A DNA stretch of 64,000 nucleotides from the NCBI GenBank assembly GCA_963693365.1, contig CAVNZM010000014.1, positions 2,418,001 through 2,482,000 of the forward strand, written 5' to 3'. Positions 12,546-26,091 of the stretch are shown in pieces. The DNA is from Amoebidium appalachense (taxonomy: Eukaryota > Protista > Ichthyosporea). Each line of letters opens with the position of its first letter. The stretch's first letter is position 1. Under the pieces are notes generated by a model. It was not told the origin of the DNA. It saw only the letters and a program-made list of their open reading frames with translations, and made no database searches. The translations under genes were made by a program, and so were the position numbers.

Positions 12546-14178
12546 TTAGCACAAACACCATTTGTGGTCACCAAGAGCGGCCAAATGTGCGTGTGACGGA
12601 TGTGTTAGACCCCCCTCCTTTGAATTTCCTTGGGCTGCCCTATCCTCAGCCACGCTCCTCTGCACTGCACCGTGAATTTGCGCAAGTGTCAAACCCCCTG
12701 GGCCCTTCAGCTGCGATGCTTTGACGTGTGAGGCTGGTGCTTGTTTCTTGACCTTTCCTTCTTTCTCCTGCGGTTTGCAGGATGACCACATGTGAGAGAT
12801 CTAGAAAACAAGATAGATAGAGACGAGGAACTATGGTAGAATAATATTGTCGACAAGAAAAGAAGTTCACGAACACTAAAAATAGTTGACTTGAACATTA
12901 TAAAAACATTGTAGCTGCCTTGTATCAATCAGGGCACCCCTACTCCCCCTCCCCCCCCCCCTTCCCCCCCCAACCCCCCTCCAGCCCCCCACCCACCCAC
13001 CCACTGTCCCACCCACCCACCCACCCACCCACCCAGCCCCGCCAAAAAAAGAAAAGGAAAAAAAAAGAAAAAGAAAAAGAAAAGGCAACCCACCAGTTTC
13101 AGTAGATGCAGAAGCAATACGTTTGCAGCCGTGCCTATTAGTTTCTGGTCGATTGTGTCTGCGTAGATGGTCCGGGCTAGTTGTAGTGCTGTGGCATGCC
13201 CCTCGTAGGCAAGTGCACCCAAGATCTGTGGGGGTAGAAAGCGTTCGGCACTTGCAAATTATCCCGTATATCAAATATCTCGCAAAAAATTACCCATAGC
13301 CACAATACTTATTGATGTTCATGGGAGCAAGAGATATATTTTTGATATTCAAAGGGCTTTTGGGATATTGTGGTGTTATTCTGGGGTTATTGTACAGAAT
13401 ATTTTAGAAAATTTCGATTTGGTATTCTGGGGCCATCTTTAGGATTTTTTTGCAAGGGCCTAGAAGGGTGTGGGTGGGAGTGAAATGAAGGTGTGGATAT
13501 AACGCACACATGCAGTATAAACGAGTGCAGGAAGAGGGAGCCGAAGTGGTTGGGGTAGAGGAAAACATAAACCCGTGGGCCGCGGCGGAGAGAATTGATA
13601 CATACAAAAAAGAAAATAAAGACCGTGACATACACACACATGCGCAAATGTAAGAAGTGTGTGCAATGCACACATGCGGGGAAAAAAAAAGGGGGGGGGG
13701 GGGGGGGGGGGGGGGTACAGGAGGAGGTAAACGGAAGGGTTTAGGAATGCATGGGCGGAGAAGCACACGGAGAAGGATACATGCAAGCAGATAAACAGGC
13801 CCGTGCAGGAGAGAGCCCGTAATGCACACGGATGTGGCGCTCATATGCATGCACACGTGCGCATGTCCTCAAACAAAGACGGGCAATGGGTCATCCAATA
13901 TCCCCTCCTCCCCTCCACCTCCCCCCTCCCCCCTCCCCCCATCCCCTTTTCCTCCCCCTCCCCCCCCCCCCCCCCCCCCCCCAACCTCCCCTCTCACTCT
14001 CTCCAAGCCCCATGCATCACTGTTACTTCTGCAACATGCAGGCTCCTATGCCTCATCCCCCCCCCCCCCTTCCACCCTACCCCCACCTTTTTCTCTCTCT
14101 TCCTGTGCTTCCCCCTGCCTTCCTCCTTCCTGGACGTGCCTTACACTCAACCCCTTCTTGTCTGCCCAATGCCCCCCC

Positions 14179-14220
<42 letters not shown>

Positions 14221-14514
14221 CCCACCACCACCACCACCACCACCACCACCACCACCACCACCACCACCACCACAAAAAAAATAATAATAAAAATAATAAC
14301 AATAAATAAATAAAACAAAATAAGAAATGAAAAATAAATAAAACAAAAACCTTGCCATTCATGCCCAATAATTGCTCAAACGCCTCCAAGGGCCTATCCA
14401 GCGCATAGGTTAGCATCGTTACAGCAACCACACCTACACGCTCAATCCCCCCCACCCCTCCCCCTCCCGGTACACACACACACACACACACACACACAAC
14501 CAAATTGCGCCCTC

Positions 14515-14592
<78 letters not shown>

Positions 14593-14658
14593 AGCAAATA
14601 TACACACAAACACACATTCCAAAAGGTGCAGCGCGCCCGCGCAAGCACACACACGCGC

Positions 14659-14696
<38 letters not shown>

Positions 14697-14713
14697 CATA
14701 TGACAAACATGAC

Positions 14714-14773
<60 letters not shown>

Positions 14774-15034
14774 ACCCACCCACCCATCCTCCCACACACA
14801 CACACATACCCACAATCCTCACCCGCCTACCCGCCTACCCACCCACCCACCCACCCCCCTCCCCCCCCCCCCCCCCCCCCCCCAAACACACACACACACC
14901 TGGTTGTCACGTGCATGCCTGTGTGCAATGTACTCCTTCAGTCGGGGCATGGCCGGGTGGATGGCATTGCCGTGGCCGGGGTACAAAACGTACGGGTTGA
15001 GGGCCTGAAGACGGGACAGAGATTGCATGTACGC

Positions 15035-15094
<60 letters not shown>

Positions 15095-16926
15095 TGCACG
15101 GGCGTGAGCCTATGTGTTTGTGCGTGTGTGTGTCTCGTTTGTCGGGAAGTGGGAAGGTGGGGGGCGGGGGAGAGGGGGGAGGGGAGGGGGGGGGGGGGGG
15201 AGGGGGGGAAGGGGAGGGGTTGGAGGGGAAGGTTAGCATGTGTTATAAAGTACGAACTACACATTCATAACGGACAATCGCACAATGAAGAGTGCAAACC
15301 ACACATAAGGAGCCTGTATAATAGGAGGGGGAGAGGGGGGAGGCGGAGGGGGGGAGGAGGATCACTCGCATCTTTCCGTGCATGTGCAGGTCAGCCTGGT
15401 GTTTTTTTTTCCCTTTCATGAACCAATGGTGGTAGTTGGGGCAGGGCCGGGTGGTGTGTGTGGGGGGGGGGGGGGGGGGGGGGGGGAGGGGGGGTTGAAT
15501 GCGGAACACAGTACGAAGTACGCATACACGATGAGAAGCATGGTGCAGGACACATGCAAAGGCAAACATTCAAGTATGCAACATCAGCCATGCGCACAGT
15601 ATGCGTCATAAGCTGAGCCCATCCTCAGGGAGGGCCCAAGTCATCAATTGCGTCTGAGTTTCGACCCCTTAACCCGCTTATATGCGACGCTCCAACTCAG
15701 ACAGCAGCATCAACTGAACTTGGGTGGGTCAACCCGTCTTGATCAAAGACGAGCAGGGTTGCTTATGCAAACAAGGTGAGCAAAACGGTGAAGATGTGTG
15801 TGCAAACTAAAGCAGTGCAGCGAAAAACGCGTATGTGCTTACAGATGCACGACACAGAGCAACCATGCCCGGTTGCATGGGGAGGGGGGGGGGGGGGGGG
15901 GGGGGGGGGCAGACTTAGTAAATGTGTAAGGGACTAAATCACCCAGTTTTATGGCCGAATCGCAACCCTAAGGGGCCTGGTGGTGGTGGTGGTGGGGAAA
16001 TCCGCCACCTGAAGGGAGAGGGGGGAGAAAGAGGGGGGGAGGAGGGGGGAGGGGGGGAGGGGGGGGGGGGGGGGGGGGCAGTAACCTGAGGTCCTCGAAG
16101 ACTACGGTGCTGTTGTCTCCGAGCACACAGTCACCAGTGAAGATTGCATTCTCTTCATCCAGCCAGAGACTCACGTGATCCTTACTGCAGGCGGGAAAAA
16201 AGGTTAGAAGGTATACCATGAAGGGTTGAGGGAACAGTCGAAACGAGGGATGTAAGAAGAGAGTTAAAAAGTTTGGTAAGCAATAAACCAAGGAGTAAGA
16301 AAAAATACCTTTAAGGGCTAGAAAGAATGTTACAAAGTACAGTAAGAAAGCTTACAAAAGGGTTCTAAAAAGAAAAAGGAATATGGTCTAAAAAGCACAC
16401 CCTTTTTTTCAGGTAAAAATAAGGTTAAAGAAACGTGCATGTAATATGGAGAGGAAACATAAGGTGCAGAGGAATGCTAGTATGAGGCACGAGTGCACCC
16501 TCATTAGGCAAAAAGAAAAACAACCACGCTTTCCTTTACTCCTCTCCCTCCTCCCACACGCATACAACCCAGACGTTGTGCATTCAAACGGACCGAAAGT
16601 AGGGGGCACGGGGATTTGGTGGGGGAGGGGGGAGGGGGGAGGGGGGAGGGGGGAGGGGGGAGGGGGGAGAAAGTTGTGTACGTGTGACCAGGGGGAGGTG
16701 GCGGGGGGTGGGGGGGGTCTGTACGTGTGACCGGGAGTACAGATGGTTTTCAGTGTTGCTCCCTTCACCGACAACACGTTCCCCTCCGTCAAAGCATTGA
16801 AATGAGCTTGGGCCGCTGGTCGTGACGCTGTGCGGTCTGGAAAGTACTTGTGGACTTTGGTGTCTCGGCTCCCAATGGCTTTGATTGCTTGCGCTACACC
16901 GCCCATGTGATCCTGTGCACGGTGAA

Positions 16927-17019
<93 letters not shown>

Positions 17020-17950
17020 TTGTTGGGGGGGGGGGGGGGGGGGGGCAGGCTGGGCGCGGGGGGAGGGGGGTGGAGGGGGGACGGTGTGTTTGTTGTGTGC
17101 TGCATGAGAGGGGTTCCGGAAAAGGGGGGGGAGGGGGGGGGGGGGGGGGGAGGGGGAAGGACTGTGTTCGTATTTGTTCTTGTGTGTGAGGACAAGGGGG
17201 TTGGGGGAAGAGGTGCACTGGGGTGGTAGGGGGGAAAGGGGAGGTCATAGTGCATTTTTGTGAGAAATGTAACGGGAGAAGGGGGAGGAGGGGGGGGGGG
17301 GGGGGATATGTAAATTCGAACAAAGTCGGTTTTTAGAAAGAAAAACAAAATCGTGTGCAAAAGCAAAAGAAATGCATCGGCCGGGAATCGAACCCGGGTC
17401 TCCCGCGTGGCAGGCGAGAATTATACCACTAAACCACCGATGCTTCATGTATGAGAGTGTGGGCCCACCTCCCTTAACAGTAAAAAAAACAACAACATGG
17501 ATAATAGTGGAAACTTGTTGGGGAATATATGTATGCTTACTTCAGGCCTGTAATGTGTGATTTGATGTATGTGTGGGCGCCTGTGTACGTGTCTGATGGA
17601 GTGAGGGGGAAGGAGTGAGGGAGTAGGGAGGGGGGGGGGGGGGGGGGGAGTTGGAAGGAGGCTGGGGACAGAGCGGCAGGGGAAGTGAGAAGGGGGTGAG
17701 GAACGGAGATGGGGTGGGTGGGTGAGTGGAGAGCGGGAAAGGAGGGGAATAGGGAGGTGGAGAGTGAGCAGCGAGGGGGTTGGGGGGGTGGGGGGGGGGG
17801 GGGGAGGAGACTAGGGAGAGGGAAGGGCCAAAAGCAAGTCACACCCAAACACACACCCATCAACAAGCTTTTCTGCCTTTCCTACCGAAAAAATTGTGAA
17901 GGCATGGAATAACAGGGGAGCAGGGGTGGCGGTGGTGGTGGTGGTGGTAG

Positions 17951-17990
<40 letters not shown>

Positions 17991-18109
17991 AGAGAGCAAA
18001 ACGTTAAGAAAAAAATGGAACTCCGAATTTATTTGGCTATATTAGAAGAAGAAGCCGTGCCGCAAAACCTCAAAGCTGGTTTGACCGGTGCTAGTAACGA
18101 GACAGGGGG

Positions 18110-18153
<44 letters not shown>

Positions 18154-18296
18154 ACCAACAGAGCACAAAGTACTAGTGCATAAATCATGACGGAGAAAAC
18201 AAACCACATTTGCACACACAACAAACACAAAAGAAGACGTAAGGGAAAAAGAACAGCGCCACAGTATGCATCATTCGTAAAGCCCGTCCTCGGCAT

Positions 18297-18329
<33 letters not shown>

Positions 18330-18470
18330 TAAAGGGTGGACGGGTTTAGACACGCTGGTCGAGAGCTTACTTTCCTCTCTCAATATTCTTCCCTTTCATT
18401 ACTCCTTTCTTTCCTCCCCCCTATTTTTGGGAAGGGGGGGCGGGGTGGTGAGAGAGAGAGAGAGAGAGAG

Positions 18471-18504
<34 letters not shown>

Positions 18505-18953
18505 GGGGGTAAGGGAGGGAAGAAGGGGGCCGAGGACGTGTAGAAAGGTAGGGAGGAAGGAACGGGGGGGGGGGGGGGGGGAGGGGTTGTGGTACGTGCT
18601 CTTAGTGTGTGTGTGTGTGGGAGGAGGGAGGGAAGGGGATGGATGGGAGGGGGGTTTGGGGGGAGAGGGGGAGCGGAGGGAGATTGGGGGGGGGGGAGGG
18701 ATAGTACCTTGTGCCAGTGGGTGATGATAATATCTGTGAGCATCGATCCCCCAGCCATTTGCATGGCCTCAACGAGTCGCTGATCATATCCATCCTCCCC
18801 ACCACCCGTGTCAACCAAGATCTTTTCAGACCCTGTTCCCAGTAGGTAGGTGTTTGTTCCTGTGTTTGAAAAGGTGTTTAGTTGAGTTGGGTGGTCTTGG
18901 TAAATATACTTTTCCCCTCTCCCTTCCAGATCCCTTTTTTCCTTTCCCCCCCC

Positions 18954-19008
<55 letters not shown>

Positions 19009-20254
19009 CACCACCACCATCACCACCACCCCACTCATCCTCACGATTGTATAGCCAAATACGGGCAACCGTTCCATCCCCCGCACACTCACAAATGCCA
19101 GCATTGCAGCCAGGAAGCAAGAAATAACCAAAACGACCAATAATCCAACAGAACTAAGTCTCTCCATCCCTCTACACACATCCCTCCCTCCCTCCCCTCA
19201 TTCCCTTCCCCCTCCCCCCTTCCTCCCTCCCTTCCTCCCTTCCTCCCTCCCTCCCTCACCCCCAGTCTCCCTCTACCTCCGGTCTCCATCCCGTCATCCC
19301 TCCCCTCTCTTTCGCTCCTACTCCTTTTTTCCTCCATTCCCTCCCTCTCCGCCCTGCCCTTTGGCCCCATCCTCCACACAATCCCTCTCTCCCTCCCTCC
19401 GTCCCTCACTCTCCTCCCCCCAAATCACATTCTCCGTCTCGTTCCATCTCTCCTTTCTCTCACTCGACCAATCAACCTGCCCGATCACCCCCTCCCCTCG
19501 CTGCAAGGCACGATCAAAGCACCCGATAATCCGACAGGACGATGTCTATCCATCACACTCCCCAATCCCTCCCTCCCTTGCACACCCCCCTCCCCCCCCC
19601 CCCCCCAAAAAAAAAAAAAAAAAAAAAAAAAAAAACACTTCCTTCCTCCCTCCCTCATTCCATTTCGATCTCTCTCACTCTCCCTCTCTTCCCCTCCTCT
19701 CTCTCTATACCTCCATTCTCTCTCTCTCCCCCTCCCCCTCCCTCCCTCCCTCCCTCCCTCCCTGTCTCTCTCCCCCCCAACCCCCTCCTCCCCTCTCCCC
19801 CGGCCTACTCCTCTCTTTCCTTTCCTTCCTCTCCAACCTCCACCCACATCCTCCCCACCCTCCCCAATCTTTCACGCTCCCACACTCCCTTCCGACCTCC
19901 ATCCGTCCCTCTCTCCCTCCCAATCTTATTCTCTCTCTCTTTTCGATCTCTCCTTTCTCTCACTCGACCAGCCAACCTACCCCATCACCCCCACCCTTCT
20001 TTGTTGGCCCCCTCCAACTCCACCCCCTTTCCTCCTATGTGGAAAGCTTGAAACTCCACCACCGTGATTCTGTGCCAGTCTCTTTCTCTCTCTCTCTCTC
20101 CCCCCCTCTCCCCCCCCCCCCCCCCTTCCCCCTCCCCCTCCCCCTCTCCCTCTTCCTCTCTCCCTCTCTCCCCATCCCTCTCCCTCTCCCTCCCTTGCTC
20201 CCTCCCTCCCTCCCTCCCTCTCGCTCTCCCTCCCCCCCTCTATCACTCTCCCTG

Positions 20255-20295
<41 letters not shown>

Positions 20296-21122
20296 CCCCC
20301 CCCCCCTCTCTCTCTCCCCCCCCCCCCCTCTCTCTCTTTCTCTCTCTCCCCTCCCCCTCTCCCTCTCCCTCTCCCTCCCTCTCCCTCTCCCGCTCCCTCT
20401 ATCTCGCTCCCCATCTCCCTCCCCTTTTCCCCCTTCCCATTCGTGCTCCCCCCTCTCTTTCCCCCACTGCTCCCCATCCGTGCCCCCCCGTCCCCCTCCT
20501 CCCCCCGCCCCCCGTTCCACCCGTTGCCACCTGTTCACCATCCATTCCTTCCCTCTACGCCTCACTGCCCCATCCCTTCCTCGTGGCCCCACCGTCCACT
20601 TGCACGTCCCAAACCCCCCTTGCTTCCCCCCAGACCCTCCCTCTCTCCCCCCCCTCCCCCTCCCCCTCCCTCCCCCTCCTCCACTTCCCCTCCCTCCCTC
20701 CCCTTCCCCAACCGCTCCCTCTCCTAAGGAGAAGCTAAACCTCTACCATGTTGTTAATGGGCAGTATTCGTGGTAACAATTCCGAAAGATGGAACTCAAT
20801 TTTGGTGGAGCTTACCCTGCAAGGTGAAAGGGCCAGGGTTGAGTGCCAGCACACGGACCACAGTTTGAGACAGGCGTTCAACTGGTTGGTTGGAGGGTGG
20901 GTCAATGTTGCGAACTGCCAGAACCGACTGTGTGCATGCTTGGGCAAGTTACTACTTGCTGACGCAAAGAAAAAGAGAAAAACAACCGGGGCACTCAACA
21001 GCCCGGTTCAGGCTGTTGGGCACAATACAAGCAAGCTGTGAACATACAACCGCATCAAAGTCCGAAGTAACGAGGTCGGGTTTTCACGTACTTGGTGGCA
21101 GTCTACGAGCAGTTGCCGACAT
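12546..21122 (-). CDS. LACTB2: Endoribonuclease LACTB2 (metallo-beta-lactamase fold + C-terminal winged-helix-like part), 8 exons
   Basis: Exons 21122-21092, 20914-20816, 18859-18708, 16912-16725, 16184-16086, 15035-14900, 13225-13094 and 12767-12546 are all GT-AG and phase-consistent; exon 1 is the least certain. Motifs: [36 protein letters not shown]|DH (HxHxDH), [51 protein letters not shown]. Confidence 0.92.
15607..15767. other. Structured unique-sequence element in LACTB2 intron 5 (candidate ncRNA or fold-back element)
   Basis: Nested complementary pairs: CATAAGC/GCTTATG (closing), CCCAAGT/ACTTGGG, GTCTGAGTT/AACTCAGAC, AACCC..CGTCTT/AAGACG..GGGTT. Class not recognised. Confidence 0.4.
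17373..17443 (-). tRNA. tRNA-Gly(GCC)
   Basis: GCATCGGTGGTTTAGTGGTATAATTCTCGCCTGCCACGCGGGAGACCCGGGTTCGATTCCCGGCCGATGCA: full cloverleaf, A and B boxes, GCC anticodon, T-rich terminator downstream. Lies in LACTB2 intron 3 on the same strand. Confidence 0.95.
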
Positions 21123-22740
21123 TTTTTCTATGAAACACTGTGAAACGGAAAGTGTGACCTGGGTCGTCGGCAGATGTTTACAGCAAGTCTTTACACAAAG
21201 TCTGTTTGGTCAAGTTCACCGGCTATCGATATCACACGAGGCCACACTGTGCATATATGCACTGGTATCAGACTGACAGTTCTGCCGAACTGCTCACATA
21301 TCATTGGGTTGTTCCAAGTAGCTACTGTATGTTGTAGTGTGTCGGACTCACTCAACGTTGTGATCACAACCCTACAAATTTGGTACTACTGTTGTGCTTA
21401 TAGAACCTACATCATTCGGTTACATGTGCACAGGAAAGTTGGACTACTTTGGTTGTTGGCTTTTTTCGTGGTCGACGTTCTGGGAATATATGCATCTAGA
21501 GCCTGGCAAAGAGAATTATAACTACAAATGAACAAGTAAATACTGCGGTTGTGTCTATGGTATTCCAGCACATGCATAGTCATGGTAATGAGACTTGCAA
21601 ACCCTTGTACAAACTCGGAAGACTCCAAACGTGTCGCATGAAAGTGACACCACGTTTACTGCAAACGCGCCCGCCAGTTCTCACAGCCTGTCCTGTGGGA
21701 CTTTGCTGTTTTGTGCAAACCGTGTTACAGTTGAAGTGACAAGCAGAATACACAGGATGTTGAGAATCGACCATTATTTGAGCTCGAGCTCTTGAACTTT
21801 ATTGAACTCACTTGCAGCCCCATCCTGGGGCAGCTTGTAGAGTTGGCATTGTGTTTTTCCATAAACAGCCCAGCATACGATAACTACATACGATAACTAC
21901 AAGTCAAATATGCGTCTACTTGCGAAAGTTTACAGAGTGACAGAGAAAATACCAGAGACTGCAAGAAACTCAAACCACAGTACACCAGGAACCCTAGTAC
22001 TTCTACACACGCCTAGTTTTACCGGTCTGTTCCAAGGCTGACGCAGGATTGTTGAAGGACCGTATTTGTTCAAAAGCCACCCAATGATAGGCTATCACAA
22101 ACACGTTGTGTTTGTGTAGACGATCGCTGGGGGTGGAGCTCAGCACCCGGACCCTACCCCTTAGCCTCCCGTGGGAGAATGGCGGGGCCGCTGGTGGGTC
22201 CAGGACCTTGCTCCGGTAAAACTCGAAGTAAGCATTTGATTGCTCGAAGGAAGCACATCGACGTAAGCTGCAGAAAACTAAGGTGAGTGCCACAACAAAA
22301 CTAGTGTACACCCATGTGAGTAGCCCAATGTTCCAAACAGCTAAGTTAACGGTTCGGAAGCTCTTCCATCCATCATATGCGTCACTATGTATCACAACTA
22401 CTCAGGAAGCAAAAAAAATTGCCTAGAGACGACAGAACAAGACAACAAGTTTCTATTCGAAGTTCTTTATAAGACGAGAGACCGTGAGGATGCTATCATC
22501 CTTGCACCAAGCAAAACCAGCCGGGAGGAATCACGGACACTGTGCTGGACACAAAAGCACAAAGAATTGCAGCAAAGGAGTCACCAAACCTCATTAGCGC
22601 AAAGGCACAATAAGTGACCGCCCAACTTCTTGTCCAGGTTAAGTTAGCAAAATCCCGTGAAAGTATTTTAGGTAGTCAAGTAACATAAGGAACTTGTAAA
22701 AGTAACAAAGTAGAAAGAACGAGGTCGAGTGAAGGTCTAA

Positions 22741-22880
22741 AAGGACTTCTGGAGCCTTACCGTCATATCGCCACCCAAGGCTTCTGCCGAGAATGAATTT
22801 TCGAAGTAAGCGGCTTATTGCTCCCCCCGAAGAAGGAGCGCACTCGCCAGCGTCCGACCACGAACGCTAGGCATGGCAAC
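22741..22880 (+). pseudogene. Degenerate hAT transposase C-terminal dimerisation-domain remnant
   Basis: KDFWSLTVISPPKASAENEFSK* then, after a frameshift, SGLLLPRRRSALAS. This resembles the hAT motif FW...L.IPatSA.sER.FS.aG.il..rRs.L. Confidence 0.35.
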
Positions 22881-23983
22881 CGACCAGCCTGAAGAGCAGC
22901 CCGCCTGCGAGCAAAGAACGAGAAGGCTTATGTTAAAACCAATAGCGAGACTTGTTTTCAAACTAAGAAGTTATCTTTCAGTAGCCTAAAGAGCCACACG
23001 AGGAGTTGAATAAGAAACCCACACAATTCCCTGAAACGGAAATGTAAAACAGTATCCAGCACAGCCACGTGGCACACTGAGACACAAACAAAAAGCCCCT
23101 GCAGGAATTCCCACTCACCAAAAACCTGGCTGGCTGGCCCGCAGACGGCGTCGGCGCCCTGCTTCCCCTCTTAGCGCACTCGAAAGAGTGCGATAGCGAG
23201 GCCGCTTCTTGGAAGCAGTGCCAAAACGAGGGCCCATCACAGAGCGCCGACGCCATGTTGTCTCCCCGAAGTGGAATAGACGCATGGGTGTAGTTGTCGG
23301 TTTCGTGTGAAGTGCAAAGGATGTTGGCCGTGTAGAGCGTTTTTATACTAACGGATTTTTGAGCCAAAAGAACAGGCAGAGCAATGCAAAACCAAGTTGT
23401 GGGATGGATTGGCCATAACACGCAAACATGGAGGCAATTTATAGTTCAGATTTTTTTTATAGATATCTTATTTATGTTACTCTTTAAAACAACTGCTTTT
23501 AATTCGATTTTTTTCTGCTCCATATAATTTGGCTTTATACCTGTTGTGTAGCGCTTGTGCTCTCCTCGCCTACGGCGCTGGCATTGCTAACTTGTTCAAA
23601 ACTTTTACCCACTTCAAGGACTGGGATGACCACCAAGTAAAATCTTTGTTTGCTTGCCATATTTAGCAAGTGGGATGTCGATTCCAAGGCTACAGCCAAT
23701 CGAAATGGCATTACGTAATCCAGAACAGGACTCCGAGTCTCCGGCGGTGCGCGCCTGCCCGGACCGTGCCGCCCAGCCCAAGCCCATCAGGTGTTGAGGT
23801 CTCCTTTTACACTCCTTCACGGGATCTAACAGCACCACACGTGATAGAAGGCCTTACCTGCGCCAGCGGCTGTGACTGCGCAGGGAGCCTCGTAGAGCGC
23901 TGGTATCTCAACACGTCGCACGACTTTCGACCAAATAGCGCTAAGCAGAGCCGCTACCGGGGCGGCAGAACATACGTCCCAAG

Positions 23984-24042
23984 CATGCACGCATACACAC
24001 ACACGCACGCACGCACACGCACACACACGCACACACACGCAC

Positions 24043-24130
<88 letters not shown>

Positions 24131-24830
24131 CGTTGCGACTCAGACACAAACGCACACACACACAAACGCACACGCACACGCACGCACACACGCACACACG
24201 TACACGAACACATGTACATGCACAAACACACGTACTCACAAAAACACACACGCACGCACACTCACACTCACACGCGCACGCATGCACACACATGTACACA
24301 CACGCGGGTGCGCACGAAAGCACACTCACACTCACATGCATGCATGCAATCACGCTCGCCCAATTTTAAGCACGATGTCCACACACACACCACATTGCCG
24401 GCCCCGGAGGTAAATGCACACACGCACACACACGCAGCCGTGACATACACACAAAGTTTAAAACACACGGGCGTGCATGCACGCGCGCACGCGCACACGC
24501 ACACATGCCGGCGCGTGCTCTCACACTCGATCACGTGCACTCACTCACTCACACTAGACAACTTGACAACCGTGGCATGCATGCACACTCGCGCATGCAC
24601 ACACACACGCATGCACATACACACACACGCACACACGCACACGCACACATGCACACACACACACGCACACGCGCACACACACATGCACACACAGGCACGC
24701 GCACACGCGTACACACGTCACACACACACACACTCACTCACACACTCACACACCCACACATACACACACACACACCCACAGAAACACACATGCTCACACA
24801 AACACACACATTCTCTCGCACACATTTTTC
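23984..24830. repeat. Long degenerate (CA)/(CACG) alternating purine-pyrimidine tract
   Basis: Direct inspection; ~850 bp. Confidence 0.9.
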
Positions 24831-25511
24831 GGAACAACACACAAACGACACACGAAGTGCCGGAGCAGATAGTCATAATATTGCCCCAGCCATGCTTTTC
24901 ACCGTTAACTGGTCGGAACGCCGGAAGTAGAAAGGTCCCTCCCACAAGCGTGGCTGGGTGAGCAAAGTGTGTACTAGTTTCTAGGTTTGTGAATGATGGT
25001 TAACGTTTAGCTTAGCTGAGCACATAGATAGCACCCTAACTAGTGTACTGTCGACAGGTGCTGTGTGGCAGACGGTACTACGGTTCGGTCGAAGGCCTGC
25101 AGGGTCTTCCGGGAACAAAACGTGATAAAATAGAAAATGCAAGTAGAAGGTGAATGTGGAAAGGGAAAGAATATTCTCTTCTCTGGAAATACATGCACAC
25201 ATACGCACACACACGCACACACATGCACACACACGCGCGCGAGCGCGCGCGTCCACAGTAACGTCACGTCACGCGTGCACACACGCATGCGCGCGTCCAC
25301 TGTAACGTCACGTCACGCGTGCACACACACATGCACACAAACACTTTAGGTACAACAACAAACACACACATCATCACAAACACCGACCCATCACACCCCA
25401 CAACCCACACGCACATGCAGACACCCCGTAACAAAGAACCTCCCCCCCCCCCCCCCCCCAAACTTCCCTCCCCACGCACTTGACACACGCATACACGTGG
25501 GTGCGCACACG

Positions 25512-26091
25512 GGGGGGCGGGTTGGTGCAATGGTAAGATCTCTGCGTGTCAAGCTCAAAGTCGCAGGATCGATCCTGGTTACTTCCGATTTTTTCTGCCT
25601 CGACGGTCCACCGGTCTGGCCGCCCCCTAGAAGCCATCACCCCAGACCACGTCAAAGCAGCACCACCAATTTGTTATCACCCGGCCGTAAGACATGACGT
25701 CATGAACAGCACCGGCCCTCTGACGTCGACGGCGCGCCGCTTGGGCATCCCGGCCCAACGTTCAAGTGGGAGACCAATCCGAGTCACCGGCCACGGTTCG
25801 GGTCAGCGTCCTGGGCATGGGGTCTCCCCTTTCAAGTCTTTATGTTTGTGTATGTGTCCCGGGTCGCTCCCGGCTGGTGTTGTTAAAGTGAGCTGTGCTC
25901 ATTCCCCACTAGCGTTGCTGCGGCTAGAACCGTGGGATAAGGCGTAACTAAAAATAGTGCCAGTTGGGGTCAATTAGAATCCTGACTTATGAGTGTGCTA
26001 TACAGTACGATCTGTGTCTAGGCGGAAGACGGTAAGCTCCCCTGAGGCAGTGCCTCGCCGGGAGTGAAACGGGATAAAATAAAAATAAAAA
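25512..26091 (+). mobile_element. tRNA-derived SINE (~580 bp) with 17-bp TSD
   Basis: Head with an A box (TGGTGCAATGG) and a B-box-like GGATCGATCC; 3' stem-loop CTCCC..GAGGC-agt-GCCTC..GGGAG; tail ATAAAATAAAAATAAAAA. TSD ACGTGGGTGCGCACACG at 25495-25511 and 26092-26108. Confidence 0.85.

Noticed and set aside
15600-15700. Hammerhead ribozyme (CTGAGGA and GAAA words on the minus strand)
   Set aside because: The CUGANGA-stem II-GAAA order and geometry are not satisfied.
21048-21122. In-frame TGA in an extended LACTB2 exon 1 ([19 protein letters not shown]...) suggesting selenocysteine or readthrough
   Set aside because: A GTACGT donor at 21091 before the TGA splices in frame to the AG at 20915, so no recoding is needed, and no SECIS was recognised.
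25512-25590. Functional tRNA gene
   Set aside because: No acceptor stem or proper cloverleaf; it is the head of a SINE bounded by a TSD.
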